From Flavobacteriales bacterium (GTDB lineage Bacteria; Bacteroidota; Bacteroidia; Flavobacteriales; Schleiferiaceae): a DNA stretch of 61,488 nt. The translations under genes were made by a program, and so were the position numbers. How positions within the stretch are numbered: position 1 is the first letter of the stretch; every line of letters begins with the position of its first letter. The notes under the pieces were generated by a model. It saw only the letters and a list, made by a program, of their open reading frames with translations, made no database searches and had not been told where the DNA came from. This document shows, in pieces, positions 9,677 through 19,027 of this stretch. The stretch spans positions 1-61,488 of the forward strand of contig JAYPYZ010000004.1 of NCBI GenBank assembly GCA_038154705.1, given 5' to 3'.

Positions 9677-9747
9677 GAGGTTGTACATATGGCTAAGATA
9701 GTGAGGTCTTCCGAGAAAAACTGTTAGGTTAGGCACGGTGACTTGCC

Positions 9748-9755
9748 TATATTTG
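9748..9755 (+). promoter_or_regulatory. Candidate -7 box TAtaTTTG for secDF
   Basis: Exact TAnnTTTG match 35 nt upstream of ATG 9791. Confidence 0.4.
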
Positions 9756-9790
9756 CGCGTTATTGAAAAATAGAAATAATCCAACGAAGG

Positions 9791-12784
9791 ATGCAGAACA
9801 AAGGATTAATTACCGCTTTCGCGATCGCTCTAGGGCTGGCTTCACTCTACCAGCTTTCTTTTTCATGGGTTGCGAACGGCGTGGAAAGTGATGCGGAGGC
9901 TTTTTCCGCTGGGGATGCTAAGGTTAAATCAGCCTATTTAGATAGCATGATGTCGCAGGAGGTATACCCACTATTGGGATACACCTACGCTGAAGTCAAG
10001 AAGAACGAAATGAACCTAGGTCTCGACCTTAAAGGTGGTATGAACGTTATCTTGGAGGTAAGCGTAAAAGACGTGCTTAAAGGTCAAGTGGCAAATGCCC
10101 AAGACCCGCTATTCCAACAGACACTTGCCAATACTGACGCCGCGCAGAGTGCAGGACAGAACAACTATTTGAACACATTCTTTGCAGAATTTGATGCATT
10201 GGTGGCAGAAACAGGTGGCGGTCGCATGTTGAGCGACGCGAGCTTGTTCGGTACCCCAGAAATGACGGAGAAAGTTGGATTCAACGCTTCAAATGAAGCC
10301 ATCCAAGCTGAGATTCGTCGTGATGTTGAAGCTGCCATTGCCAACGTATTTACAGTACTTCGTGCACGTATTGACCAGTTCGGAACGACTCAGCCAAACA
10401 TTCAGCGTTTGGAAGGAACGGGCCGCATCTTGGTAGAGTTGCCAGGGGTTAAGGATCCTGCTCGTGTGAAGAAACTATTGCAGAGCACTGCGGAGTTGCA
10501 GTTCTGGAAGATGTACGAGGGTAGCGAGGTTTTGCCATTCTTGGTAGCTGCGAACGAGAAGTTGCGCGACATCGTAGAGGCAGAAAAGCCTGCTGCCGAA
10601 GAAGCACCTGCACTTGATCTAAGTGATTTGAACATCGAAGGCGATGCCGATAGCACAGTAGCTGAAGAAGAGGTTGCAGATTCAACAGATGTGATGAACA
10701 CCAACAACCCACTGTTCGAAGTATTCCGTCCATGGGTTAGTGAGACAGGTATGGCACTCGAAGGTCCACGTGTAGGTTATGCGTTGATCCGTGATACAGC
10801 TAAAGTTAATGCTTTGTTGGCTCGTCCAGAGATTGCTCAGTTGATGAACACAGAGTTGCGCGGCGCGAAATTCTTGTGGAACAACAAACCAGAACCAGAA
10901 TCAGATATCATCATGTTGTTGGCCATCAAAGGCAACCGTGATAACGCGCCAGAATTGGACGGTGGTGTCATTGTAGATGCTCGCCCAGATTTGGACGAAT
11001 ACAACCGCAACATCGTGACCATGGCCATGAATGGCTCTGGTGCTCAGAAGTGGCAACGTCTTACCGCAGAAGCAGCGGCTCAAACGCCAAAGCGTTCTGT
11101 AGCGGTAGTATTGGATAACTACGTATACTCTTACCCACAGGTTCAAAATGAAATCGCGGGTGGTCGTACGCAGATCACTGGTAACTTCTCTCAAGAAGAA
11201 GCTTCGGATTTGGCAAACATTTTACGTGCCGGTAAGCTAGATGCTCCAGCGCGTATTATTCAAGCTGATGTAGTAGGTCCTTCTTTGGGTAAGGAAGCTA
11301 TTTCAGATTCGATCAACTCATTCGCCATCGCCCTATTGTTGGTGTTGGTCTACATGTACTTCTACTACAGCGGTGCAGGTTTGGTGGCTAACTTAGCCTT
11401 GTTCGTGAACATGTTCTTCATCTTCGGATTGCTGGCAAGCTTCCGTGCAGTATTGACCCTACCTGGTATGGCCGGTATCGTATTGACCATCGGTATGGCG
11501 GTAGATGCAAACGTGATCATCTTCGAGCGTATCCGTGAGGAATTGCGCTTGGGTAAAGGATTGCGTGCTGCCATTGTAGATGGATACAAGAACTCAAACA
11601 GCGCCATCATTGATGCGAACGTAACTACCTTGATCGTAGGGATTATCCTATTTGCTTTTGGTACGGGTCCAATTCGTGGATTCGCCACTACCTTGATCAT
11701 TGGTATTTTGACTTCATTGTTCTCTGCCTTGTTCATCTCACGCTTGGTATTCGAGCGTCGTTTGGACAAGAAAAAAGAAATTGCCTTCTCTACGAAGACC
11801 ACAGCGAATTGGTACACCAACATCAACTTTGACTTCTTGCGCAAGCGCAAAGTCGCCTATGGTGTGAGTGCCGTTGTAATCGCGGTTGGATTGTTCTCAC
11901 TCTTTACTAAAGGTTTGAACCTCGGTGTTGATTTTGAAGGTGGACGTTCTTTCCAAGTGCGTTTTGACCAACCAGTAGAAGTAAGTGATGTTGCTGCGTC
12001 TTTGAGCGAGCAATTCGTAGATGCCGACGGCAATAGCTTCACTCCAGTAGTGAAAACGCTCGGTGATGCAAACCAAGTAATCATTACGACCAACTACCGC
12101 ATCGGTGAAACCGGAACAGCAGTAGATGAGGATATCGAAAGCAAATTGTACGCAGGTGTGAAAGGCTACTTCGTAGAGGGCATTGCTCCAGAAGATTTCT
12201 TCACTGACGATACAAAAGAAGCTATCGGTTTGGTAGGATCACGTGTGGTAGGACCTACGATCGCAGATGATATTAAGACCGGTGCGGTTTATAGCATCAT
12301 CTTCTCATTGATCGTAGTATTCCTTTACATCTTGGGCCGATTCCGCAAGTGGCAATTCTCTTTGGGTGCTGTAGTTGCCTTGGTACACGATGTATTGTTC
12401 GTGATGGGTATCTTCTCTTTGTTGGACGGTGTATTGCCTTTCCAACTAGAAGTAGATCAGGCCTTCATCGCAGCGATCTTGACGGTAATTGGGTACTCGT
12501 TGAACGATACAGTGGTTGTATTTGACCGTATTCGTGAAAACATGGGAACTCGTAAGGCCAACTTCCTTGATGGAGTAAATAAGTCTCTCAACCAGACGTT
12601 GAGCCGTACGTTCAACACCTCGTTGACGACCTTCTTCGTTCTTCTTGTGATCTTCCTCTTCGGTGGTGAGGTCATCCGCGGATTTATGTTCGCACTATTG
12701 TTGGGTGTCCTAGTGGGTACCTACAGCTCGCTCTTCATCGCTACACCGGTGATGTTCGACGCGACAAAGAAAGACAAGGAGTAA
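9791..12784 (+). CDS. secDF: Protein translocase subunit SecDF (fused)
   Basis: 997 aa. SecD-like N-terminal half and SecF-like C-terminal half, each with a six-TM RND-like bundle. Fusion is typical of Bacteroidota. Confidence 0.9.
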   Translation: MQNKGLITAFAIALGLASLYQLSFSWVANGVESDAEAFSAGDAKVKSAYLDSMMSQEVYPLLGYTYAEVKKNEMNLGLDLKGGMNVILEVSVKDVLKGQVANAQDPLFQQTLANTDAAQSAGQNNYLNTFFAEFDALVAETGGGRMLSDASLFGTPEMTEKVGFNASNEAIQAEIRRDVEAAIANVFTVLRARIDQFGTTQPNIQRLEGTGRILVELPGVKDPARVKKLLQSTAELQFWKMYEGSEVLPFLVAANEKLRDIVEAEKPAAEEAPALDLSDLNIEGDADSTVAEEEVADSTDVMNTNNPLFEVFRPWVSETGMALEGPRVGYALIRDTAKVNALLARPEIAQLMNTELRGAKFLWNNKPEPESDIIMLLAIKGNRDNAPELDGGVIVDARPDLDEYNRNIVTMAMNGSGAQKWQRLTAEAAAQTPKRSVAVVLDNYVYSYPQVQNEIAGGRTQITGNFSQEEASDLANILRAGKLDAPARIIQADVVGPSLGKEAISDSINSFAIALLLVLVYMYFYYSGAGLVANLALFVNMFFIFGLLASFRAVLTLPGMAGIVLTIGMAVDANVIIFERIREELRLGKGLRAAIVDGYKNSNSAIIDANVTTLIVGIILFAFGTGPIRGFATTLIIGILTSLFSALFISRLVFERRLDKKKEIAFSTKTTANWYTNINFDFLRKRKVAYGVSAVVIAVGLFSLFTKGLNLGVDFEGGRSFQVRFDQPVEVSDVAASLSEQFVDADGNSFTPVVKTLGDANQVIITTNYRIGETGTAVDEDIESKLYAGVKGYFVEGIAPEDFFTDDTKEAIGLVGSRVVGPTIADDIKTGAVYSIIFSLIVVFLYILGRFRKWQFSLGAVVALVHDVLFVMGIFSLLDGVLPFQLEVDQAFIAAILTVIGYSLNDTVVVFDRIRENMGTRKANFLDGVNKSLNQTLSRTFNTSLTTFFVLLVIFLFGGEVIRGFMFALLLGVLVGTYSSLFIATPVMFDATKKDKE

Positions 12785-12806
12785 GCCCGAATTTTTTTGA
12801 AAGACC

Positions 12807-12840
12807 AAAGCCCCGCTACGTGAGTAGCGGGGCTTTTTTT
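12807..12840 (+). terminator. Rho-independent terminator after secDF
   Basis: aaagccccgctac-gtga-gtagcggggcttt followed by a T-run. Confidence 0.85.
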
Positions 12841-12856
12841 GATGTATTTTCGTGCT

Positions 12857-13135
12857 ATGATTCAAACTTTCCTCTTGTTCAATATCAGTGGCGGCGAATT
12901 TATCATTATCGCCTTCATCTTCTTGCTGCTCTTTGGTCCGAACCAGATTCCGACCATGGCACGCTCTGCCGCGAAGATCATCAAGCAAGTGCGCAATGCT
13001 ACGAATGATATCAAACGCGAGATTTTGGACAGCTCTGAGGACAGTGGTCTAACCGAAGTCAAGAAAACAGTGCAGGAGGGTAGAGATGCCTTCAAAGAGG
13101 TTACCGATACCATTAAAAGAGGAACCAAGCTTTGA
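12857..13135 (+). CDS. tatA: Twin-arginine translocase TatA/TatE family protein
   Basis: GGEFIIIAFIFLLLFGPNQIP TM-hinge motif followed by an amphipathic, charged tail. Start placed at the first ATG after the terminator T-run. Confidence 0.75.
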   Translation: MIQTFLLFNISGGEFIIIAFIFLLLFGPNQIPTMARSAAKIIKQVRNATNDIKREILDSSEDSGLTEVKKTVQEGRDAFKEVTDTIKRGTKL

Positions 13136-14070
13136 TTATTGTTCAGTTGCTTTTAGGTTTCGGACTGTTGCTCGCCGGTGGTGAACTCTTAGTCCGTGGT
13201 AGCGTTGGCCTTGCCCTAAAGCTCCAGGTATCCCGAGTAGTCATTGGTCTTACACTCGTCGCTTTTGCGACCAGTGCCCCTGAACTTCTCGTGAGCGTCG
13301 TGGCCGCCATGGACGGGCGCAGTGATATTGCACTGGGTAATGTCATCGGATCTAACATCGCTAACATTGGTCTTATTCTTGGGCTCACCGCCATCGTCTT
13401 CAAAATGCAAGCTGTGCAGCTCACGTATAGAAAAGATTGGACATTTCTTCTTTTGGCCAACCTGCTCCTTGGGCTCTTTCTTTGGTTAGGTGGACTCGAG
13501 TTTTGGCAGGGCCTCATTTTTGTGTTGCTTCTGGTTGGATATAATGTGGTAAAAATTCGAGGCGCACGCAAAAATCGCGAGCTCCACATCGGGGATGATC
13601 TCGAGGTCGAGGCTATGCCCATTGTCAAAGGTCTTCTTTTCCTATTGGCGGGTGCCGCGGCTCTTCGCTTCGGCGCACTCTACTTTGTCGAGGGCATCGC
13701 CAGTGCTGCAGCGGTCCTCGGGATGAGCGAGCGGTTCATCTCCGTGACGCTTGTTGCTTTTGGCACGAGCCTACCGGAATTAGCCGCCAGTATGATGGCT
13801 GCACGTAAAGGAGAATCAGATATCGCAATTGGGAATATCATCGGCTCAAACATCTTTAATATCCTGAGTGTCTTGGGTTTCACTGCGCTCATACAGCCCA
13901 TCACAACCTACGACCCGGCGCTCTTCACCTCCGACTTTTGGGTGAGCGTGGGCCTCTCATTGTTAATAATTCCACTCATGGGCTGGTTCACCAAGGATCG
14001 ATTGGATCGCCTAGAAGGGGCATTGTTGCTGGGAATCTACCTATTCTTCGTTGCCAACCTGTTGCTTTAG
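13132..14070 (+). CDS. Ca2+/Na+ antiporter (CaCA / YrbG family)
   Basis: Two alpha-repeats, GNVIGSNIANIGLILG and GNIIGSNIFNILSVLG. TTG start overlaps the tatA stop (TTGA). Confidence 0.8.
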   Translation: MIIVQLLLGFGLLLAGGELLVRGSVGLALKLQVSRVVIGLTLVAFATSAPELLVSVVAAMDGRSDIALGNVIGSNIANIGLILGLTAIVFKMQAVQLTYRKDWTFLLLANLLLGLFLWLGGLEFWQGLIFVLLLVGYNVVKIRGARKNRELHIGDDLEVEAMPIVKGLLFLLAGAAALRFGALYFVEGIASAAAVLGMSERFISVTLVAFGTSLPELAASMMAARKGESDIAIGNIIGSNIFNILSVLGFTALIQPITTYDPALFTSDFWVSVGLSLLIIPLMGWFTKDRLDRLEGALLLGIYLFFVANLLL

Positions 14071-14104
14071 GGGGGTCTTTTGGTAAATAGTTAATAATTT
14101 TTGG

Positions 14105-14135
14105 TTGCACCCCTGCTTTTTAGGGGGTATCTTTG
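14105..14135 (+). promoter_or_regulatory. Candidate promoter for GS-III gene (-33 TTG, 20-nt spacer, -7 TAtcTTTG)
   Basis: ttg at 14105-14107 and tatctttg at 14128-14135. ATG follows 22 nt later. Confidence 0.45.
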
Positions 14136-14157
14136 TCGCAATAAAAACTTTAACCAC

Positions 14158-16350
14158 ATGCCAACGGTAAGATTTCTAGCATTAGAAGAAACAATGGGGC
14201 GCAAGCCTAAGAACTTCGAAGCACCTGGAACGAGAGTTTCAGATTACTTCGGCTCACGCGTTTTCAATAGAAAAGCAATGCGTGAATACATGACCTCTGA
14301 AGCCTACAAGGCAGTAATTGACGCAATGGACAACGGTACCAAAATCAACCGCAATATTGCCGATCAAGTAGCTGCAGGTATGAAAGCTTGGGCTTTGAAC
14401 TTAGGAGCAACGCATTACACACACTGGTTCCAGCCACTAACTGGCGCCACTGCAGAAAAGCACGATTCATTCTTCGAGCCAACGGGCAATGGAGAGGCCA
14501 TTGAGAAGTTCTCAGGAGGTATGTTGGTTCAACAAGAACCGGATGCATCTTCTTTCCCGAACGGTGGTATTCGTAACACTTTCGAAGCTCGTGGATATAC
14601 AGCTTGGGATCCAACATCACCAGCATTCATCTTTGGTACGACACTTTGTATTCCAACCGTATTCGTTTCATACACTGGTGAAGCACTGGATTACAAGGCG
14701 CCACTACTTCGCGCATTGCAATCTGTAGATGCTGCTGCAACAGCAGTATGTAAATATTTCGATAAAAACGTCACGAAAGTAAATGCAACCCTAGGATGGG
14801 AGCAGGAGTACTTCTTGGTTGATGAAGCCTACTTTGCTGCACGTCCAGATTTGCAGTTGGCTGGTCGTGCTCTTGTAGGACACGCGCCAGCGAAGGGACA
14901 ACAATTGGACGATCATTACTTTGGATCTATTCCGGAGCGTGCGATTGAATTCATGAAAGAATTGGAATACGAAAGCCGCATCTTGGGTATTCCTGTAAAA
15001 ACACGTCACAACGAGGTGGCACCTGCACAATACGAATTTGCTCCTGTATTTGAAGAAGCAAACGTAGCAGTAGATCACAACTCTTTGTTCATGGACTTGA
15101 TGGAGAAAGTGGCACGTCGTAACAACTTCCGTGTGTTATTGCACGAAAAGCCGTTTGCAAACATCAACGGTTCAGGTAAGCACAACAACTGGTCGTTGGC
15201 AACAAACACCGGTGTGAACCTTTTGGCTCCTGGATCGACTCCAATGAGCAACTTGATGTTCTTGACCTTTTTCATCAATACCATTAAAGCGGTATACCGT
15301 CACGCAGATTTGATTCGTGCGTCTATCGGTTCGGCAGGTAATGAGCACCGTTTGGGTGCGAACGAGGCTCCTCCAGCGATTATTTCTGTCTTCATTGGTC
15401 AGCAGTTGAGTGCGGTATTGGACCAATTAGAAAATATCGAAGGCGGTAAAATGACTCCGGAAGAAAAGACCGACCTCAAATTGAACGTAGTGGGTAAGAT
15501 TCCAGATGTATTGCTAGATAATACTGACCGTAACCGTACCTCACCGTTCGCCTTCACTGGGAACAAGTTCGAGTTGCGTGCAGCAGGTTCTGCCTCAAAC
15601 TGTGCACAGCCGATGACCGTGTTGAACGCGGCGATGGCAGAGCAGTTGATTGAATTCAAGGCAGATGTTGATGCGTTGATCGAAAAAGACAGCTTAAAGA
15701 AAGATGAAGCCATCTTCAGCGTATTGAAGCGCTACATTAAAGAAAGCAAAGCCATTCGCTTCGAAGGCGATGGATACGGCGATGCATGGAAGGAAGAAGC
15801 TGCCAAGCGCGGTTTGAACAACGAGCCTTCTACGCCACGTGCACTTGATGCGTACGTAAGCGATCAGAGCTTGAAAATGTTCGAAGCTATGGGTGTTATG
15901 AGCCACCGCGAGGCGGAAGCTCGTCACGAAATCTTGTTGGAGTCTTACTTCATGAAGATTCAGATTGAATCTCGAGTGCTAGGCGATCTAGCAGGTAACC
16001 ACATCGTTCCTACAGCAATCAAGTACCAAAACACTTTGATTGATAACGTACAACGTTTGAAGGAAATCATGGATGCGGAAACCTTTAATAGCGTAGCTAA
16101 AGAGCAATTGGAAATGATCAAAGAAATCAGTGCCCGCATCTCTAAAATCCTTTCTTCAAAGGATGCGATGATCGAGGCTCGCAAGGCTGCAAACGCTTTG
16201 GAAGATGTTCGTGAAAAAGCCATTGCTTACTACGATAATGTGAAGCCTTTCTTCGAAGTAATCCGCTACGAAAGCGACAAGCTAGAGTTGATGATTGACG
16301 ACGAACAATGGCCATTGCCGAAATTCCGTGAAATGTTGTTCACGAGATAA
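14158..16350 (+). CDS. glnN: Glutamine synthetase type III
   Basis: About 730 aa, the GS-III size class. Starts MPTVRFLALEE and carries a GS catalytic core. The upstream part of the tracked ORF covers the promoter-like region. Confidence 0.85.
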   Translation: MPTVRFLALEETMGRKPKNFEAPGTRVSDYFGSRVFNRKAMREYMTSEAYKAVIDAMDNGTKINRNIADQVAAGMKAWALNLGATHYTHWFQPLTGATAEKHDSFFEPTGNGEAIEKFSGGMLVQQEPDASSFPNGGIRNTFEARGYTAWDPTSPAFIFGTTLCIPTVFVSYTGEALDYKAPLLRALQSVDAAATAVCKYFDKNVTKVNATLGWEQEYFLVDEAYFAARPDLQLAGRALVGHAPAKGQQLDDHYFGSIPERAIEFMKELEYESRILGIPVKTRHNEVAPAQYEFAPVFEEANVAVDHNSLFMDLMEKVARRNNFRVLLHEKPFANINGSGKHNNWSLATNTGVNLLAPGSTPMSNLMFLTFFINTIKAVYRHADLIRASIGSAGNEHRLGANEAPPAIISVFIGQQLSAVLDQLENIEGGKMTPEEKTDLKLNVVGKIPDVLLDNTDRNRTSPFAFTGNKFELRAAGSASNCAQPMTVLNAAMAEQLIEFKADVDALIEKDSLKKDEAIFSVLKRYIKESKAIRFEGDGYGDAWKEEAAKRGLNNEPSTPRALDAYVSDQSLKMFEAMGVMSHREAEARHEILLESYFMKIQIESRVLGDLAGNHIVPTAIKYQNTLIDNVQRLKEIMDAETFNSVAKEQLEMIKEISARISKILSSKDAMIEARKAANALEDVREKAIAYYDNVKPFFEVIRYESDKLELMIDDEQWPLPKFREMLFTR

Positions 16351-16379
16351 TTCGAACTTTTTTCGATTCATTCAAATAG

Positions 16380-16408
16380 AAACCCCGCCGGCGCGGGGTT
16401 TCTTTTTT
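16380..16408 (+). terminator. Rho-independent terminator after GS-III gene
   Basis: aaaccccgc-cggc-gcggggttt followed by ctttttt. Confidence 0.8.
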
Positions 16409-16456
16409 GTTTTTAACTATATTGGGGGACGCTTAAACACTAGAGAATCGTTTCAA

Positions 16457-18961
16457 ATGCAAAAACGCATCCTACGAACCTGGACCTTTGTACTCGCTTG
16501 TCTTCCTATGGCAGTAATCGCACAAGATGCTGCTGTCGAAGAGGTTGAAATTGAACCGCATAAGACAACAGTAAAGGCAGATGAATACTTTGACGCCAAA
16601 GAATATACCACCGCATTGGAGATATATACGAAGGCACTTTCGAAAGAAAAATCACCTGATCAGAAGCAACGCATTGCGTTCAACATGGCGGAATGTTACC
16701 GCTACAATGGTGAATTCAAACGTGCTGCCAGTTACTATCAACGTGCCGATAAGATGGGATTCGGCCCTACTGCAGTACTGGGATATGCAGAAATGCTCCA
16801 GTGTCAGGGAGAATATGAAGATGCTATAGTAGCATACGAAGATTATAAAAAAGCCGTACCTGGTGATCCTCGCGCAGACAAGGGCATTGAATCTTGTCAA
16901 AAAGCTGCGAACTGGTTGGTACAAGGATCGTTATTCGCACTGGATAATGCCAAAGATTTGAACTCTAAGAAATCAGATTATGCAATTTCTTACGCCGGTA
17001 AGCGTGGCAAGGAGGATTTGACGTTGATGATTTCTTCGATGCGTGACGATGCTACAGGTCGTAAAGCAGACGGTTGGACGGGGCAACGTTTCTCAGATAT
17101 TTACGTGATCGAGGGAGAGCGCGCCAAGAAAAAGAAAAGACGCGGCCAAGAGGCTAATGCCAATGATGAAGTGAAGTGGGGCGATTTAGAGCCCATGAGC
17201 GAAATTATCAATACTAAAGACCATGAAGGTGTAGTTACCTTCGATTCCAGAGGCAAGACTATGTATTTCACCAAATGTATGAAGGTGAAGAACGTTAAAC
17301 TTGGTTGTGCCATTTATACCACAAAACTTGTTGGACAAGATTGGGCGAATCCAGAGCCCGTAGTGATCGCTTTGGATAGCGGTGCTTCGGTGGGTCACCC
17401 GGCCTTAAGTCCAGATGATAACATCTTGTACTTCGCAGGTGAAATCAATGGAGGTAAAGGCGGTAAGGATATCTACATGACTACCTACGACCGTCGTGCC
17501 CGTCAGTGGAATGCGCCTACGAACTTGAACATCAATACACGTGGTGACGAATTGTATCCATATGCACATGGTGATGGTTACCTGTACTTCTCTTCAAACG
17601 GACACGTAGGAATGGGCGGTTTCGACTGTTTCCGAGTGAAACTCGACGAAAACGGAATGCCTGTCGGTGATGTGGAAAACTTGCTTAGCCCAGTGAACTC
17701 AGAGGCCGATGATATCGCCTTGCGTTGGCTGCCAGGAGATAATACCCAAAAAGGTTTTGTGATTTCAAACCGCAAGGGAACTCGTGGCGAGCACGACATA
17801 TGGCACGTTACCGAATGGTCAAAAGAATTTGAAGTGACTGGAACTGTGGTGAGCTCTAAGAATGGTAAAACATTGAAGGACGTTACCATTGAGGTGAGCG
17901 ATAAGGAAGGAAATAACTTCAGCATTACTACGGACGCTAATGGCCGTTTTGAAATCGAAAGAGGAACCTTAGGAGAGGATAAGAGTTACAAATTAAACCT
18001 TAGCCGCAAGCGTTTTTTGACGGCCGTGGGGGATGTGAGTACCAAAGACCTCATGTTGAGTGATTATTCACCGATAAAGGAGGAGCGGACGTATGTGAAG
18101 TCCTACAACTTAAAATTAGTGATGGATCCTATCGAGGTGCCTATCGTACTTCCAAACGTATTCTTCGATTTGGCGAAGTGGGACTTGCGTGAAGAAAGTA
18201 AAGTTGCCTTGGATACGGTGTACAACATCTTGCAACGTAACCCTACTATTACCATTGGACTTCGTTCACACACGGATTACCGTGATACTGACGAAAAGAA
18301 CCAAACCCTCTCTCAACAACGTGCCCAGAGCTGTGTGGATTACCTCATTGAAAAAGGTGTCCCTGTAGATCGTTTGACTGCCGTAGGTATGGGTGAAAGT
18401 GAACCGTTTGAAATTCCTCAAAACTACGCAGGCTTGGGCGCGGATTTATTTGATGCCGGAAGCGTATTGACAGAATCATTTATCCGTCGCCAAGGGGCCG
18501 ATGCTCAAGAGGTAGCTAACCAGGTGAACCGTCGTACTGACTTCAAGGTATTGAGTGATGATTATGTGCCAAGTGCCCCAGTAGCCTCAGAAGAAGGTGG
18601 GGAAGCCGGTGGTACTGCCAAGCCTAAGAAGGATGAGAATCCAATAGGTCAAACATTGACTCTTGGTCCAAAGGATCGTTCGTTGGGTAAAATCGCCATG
18701 GACAACGGTATGAATGTCGTTGAGTTGAAAAAACTCAATGGCGGTTTGCAAGGGGCTCGTCCAATGCCGGGAATGGTAATTAAAGTGACTAAAAACGGAG
18801 ATTACACTGATTTCGATGCTTCACATTACCAAGTACAACGCGGAGATAAAATCAACACCATTGCTAAGAAGAATGGTGTGAGCGCGAAGGATATCAAGCA
18901 ATTGAATGACTTTAAAAACGACAACGACCTGATTGTAGGATCCTGGATTCAAATCAAGTAG
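16457..18961 (+). CDS. Multidomain envelope protein: TPR + TolB-like (PD40) + CarboxypepD_reg-like + OmpA_C + 2x LysM
   Basis: Signal peptide MQKRILRTWTFVLACLPMAVIAQ. TPR-like helices. PD40-like SPALSPDDNILYFAG. VTGTVVSSKNGKTLKDVTIEV. OmpA_C core NQTLSQQRAQSCVDYL. Two LysM-like modules at the C-terminus. Confidence 0.8.
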   Translation: MQKRILRTWTFVLACLPMAVIAQDAAVEEVEIEPHKTTVKADEYFDAKEYTTALEIYTKALSKEKSPDQKQRIAFNMAECYRYNGEFKRAASYYQRADKMGFGPTAVLGYAEMLQCQGEYEDAIVAYEDYKKAVPGDPRADKGIESCQKAANWLVQGSLFALDNAKDLNSKKSDYAISYAGKRGKEDLTLMISSMRDDATGRKADGWTGQRFSDIYVIEGERAKKKKRRGQEANANDEVKWGDLEPMSEIINTKDHEGVVTFDSRGKTMYFTKCMKVKNVKLGCAIYTTKLVGQDWANPEPVVIALDSGASVGHPALSPDDNILYFAGEINGGKGGKDIYMTTYDRRARQWNAPTNLNINTRGDELYPYAHGDGYLYFSSNGHVGMGGFDCFRVKLDENGMPVGDVENLLSPVNSEADDIALRWLPGDNTQKGFVISNRKGTRGEHDIWHVTEWSKEFEVTGTVVSSKNGKTLKDVTIEVSDKEGNNFSITTDANGRFEIERGTLGEDKSYKLNLSRKRFLTAVGDVSTKDLMLSDYSPIKEERTYVKSYNLKLVMDPIEVPIVLPNVFFDLAKWDLREESKVALDTVYNILQRNPTITIGLRSHTDYRDTDEKNQTLSQQRAQSCVDYLIEKGVPVDRLTAVGMGESEPFEIPQNYAGLGADLFDAGSVLTESFIRRQGADAQEVANQVNRRTDFKVLSDDYVPSAPVASEEGGEAGGTAKPKKDENPIGQTLTLGPKDRSLGKIAMDNGMNVVELKKLNGGLQGARPMPGMVIKVTKNGDYTDFDASHYQVQRGDKINTIAKKNGVSAKDIKQLNDFKNDNDLIVGSWIQIK

Positions 18962-18979
18962 TTGCCACTAGAATAAATG

Positions 18980-19010
18980 AAAGCGCGCACGGGTCTCCCG
19001 TGCGCGCTTT
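18980..19010 (+). terminator. Rho-independent terminator after OmpA-family gene
   Basis: aaagcgcgcacggg-tct-cccgtgcgcgcttt: 14-bp stem followed by a T-rich tract. Confidence 0.8.
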
Positions 19011-19015
19011 CTCTT

Positions 19016-19023
19016 TATTTTTG
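19016..19023 (+). promoter_or_regulatory. Candidate -7 box TAttTTTG only 4 nt before the purM ATG
   Basis: Exact TAnnTTTG match. The spacing implies a leaderless or near-leaderless mRNA. Confidence 0.35.
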
Positions 19024-19027
19024 CAGC

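Noticed and set aside
10560-10720. Acidic low-complexity insert (EAEKPAAEEAPALDLSDLNIEGDADSTVAEEEVADSTD) in the SecD periplasmic head.
   Set aside because: It looks like a variable linker in a region of SecD that tolerates insertions. Without an alignment I cannot say it is unusual.
13143-13628. 161-aa minus-strand ORF inside the CaCA antiporter gene. Similar cases occur at 11365-11850, 4308-4787, 55023-55502, 39988-40443 and 53924-54328.
   Set aside because: All are antisense shadows of confidently identified genes, with compositionally biased translations.
16295-16456. N-terminal extension of the OmpA-family ORF overlapping the end of the GS-III gene.
   Set aside because: The extension runs through the GS-III terminator hairpin. 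A clean signal peptide begins at ATG 16457.
18977-19027. N-terminal extension of the purM ORF.
   Set aside because: The extra codons are the terminator hairpin of the upstream gene. ATG 19028 follows a promoter-like box.
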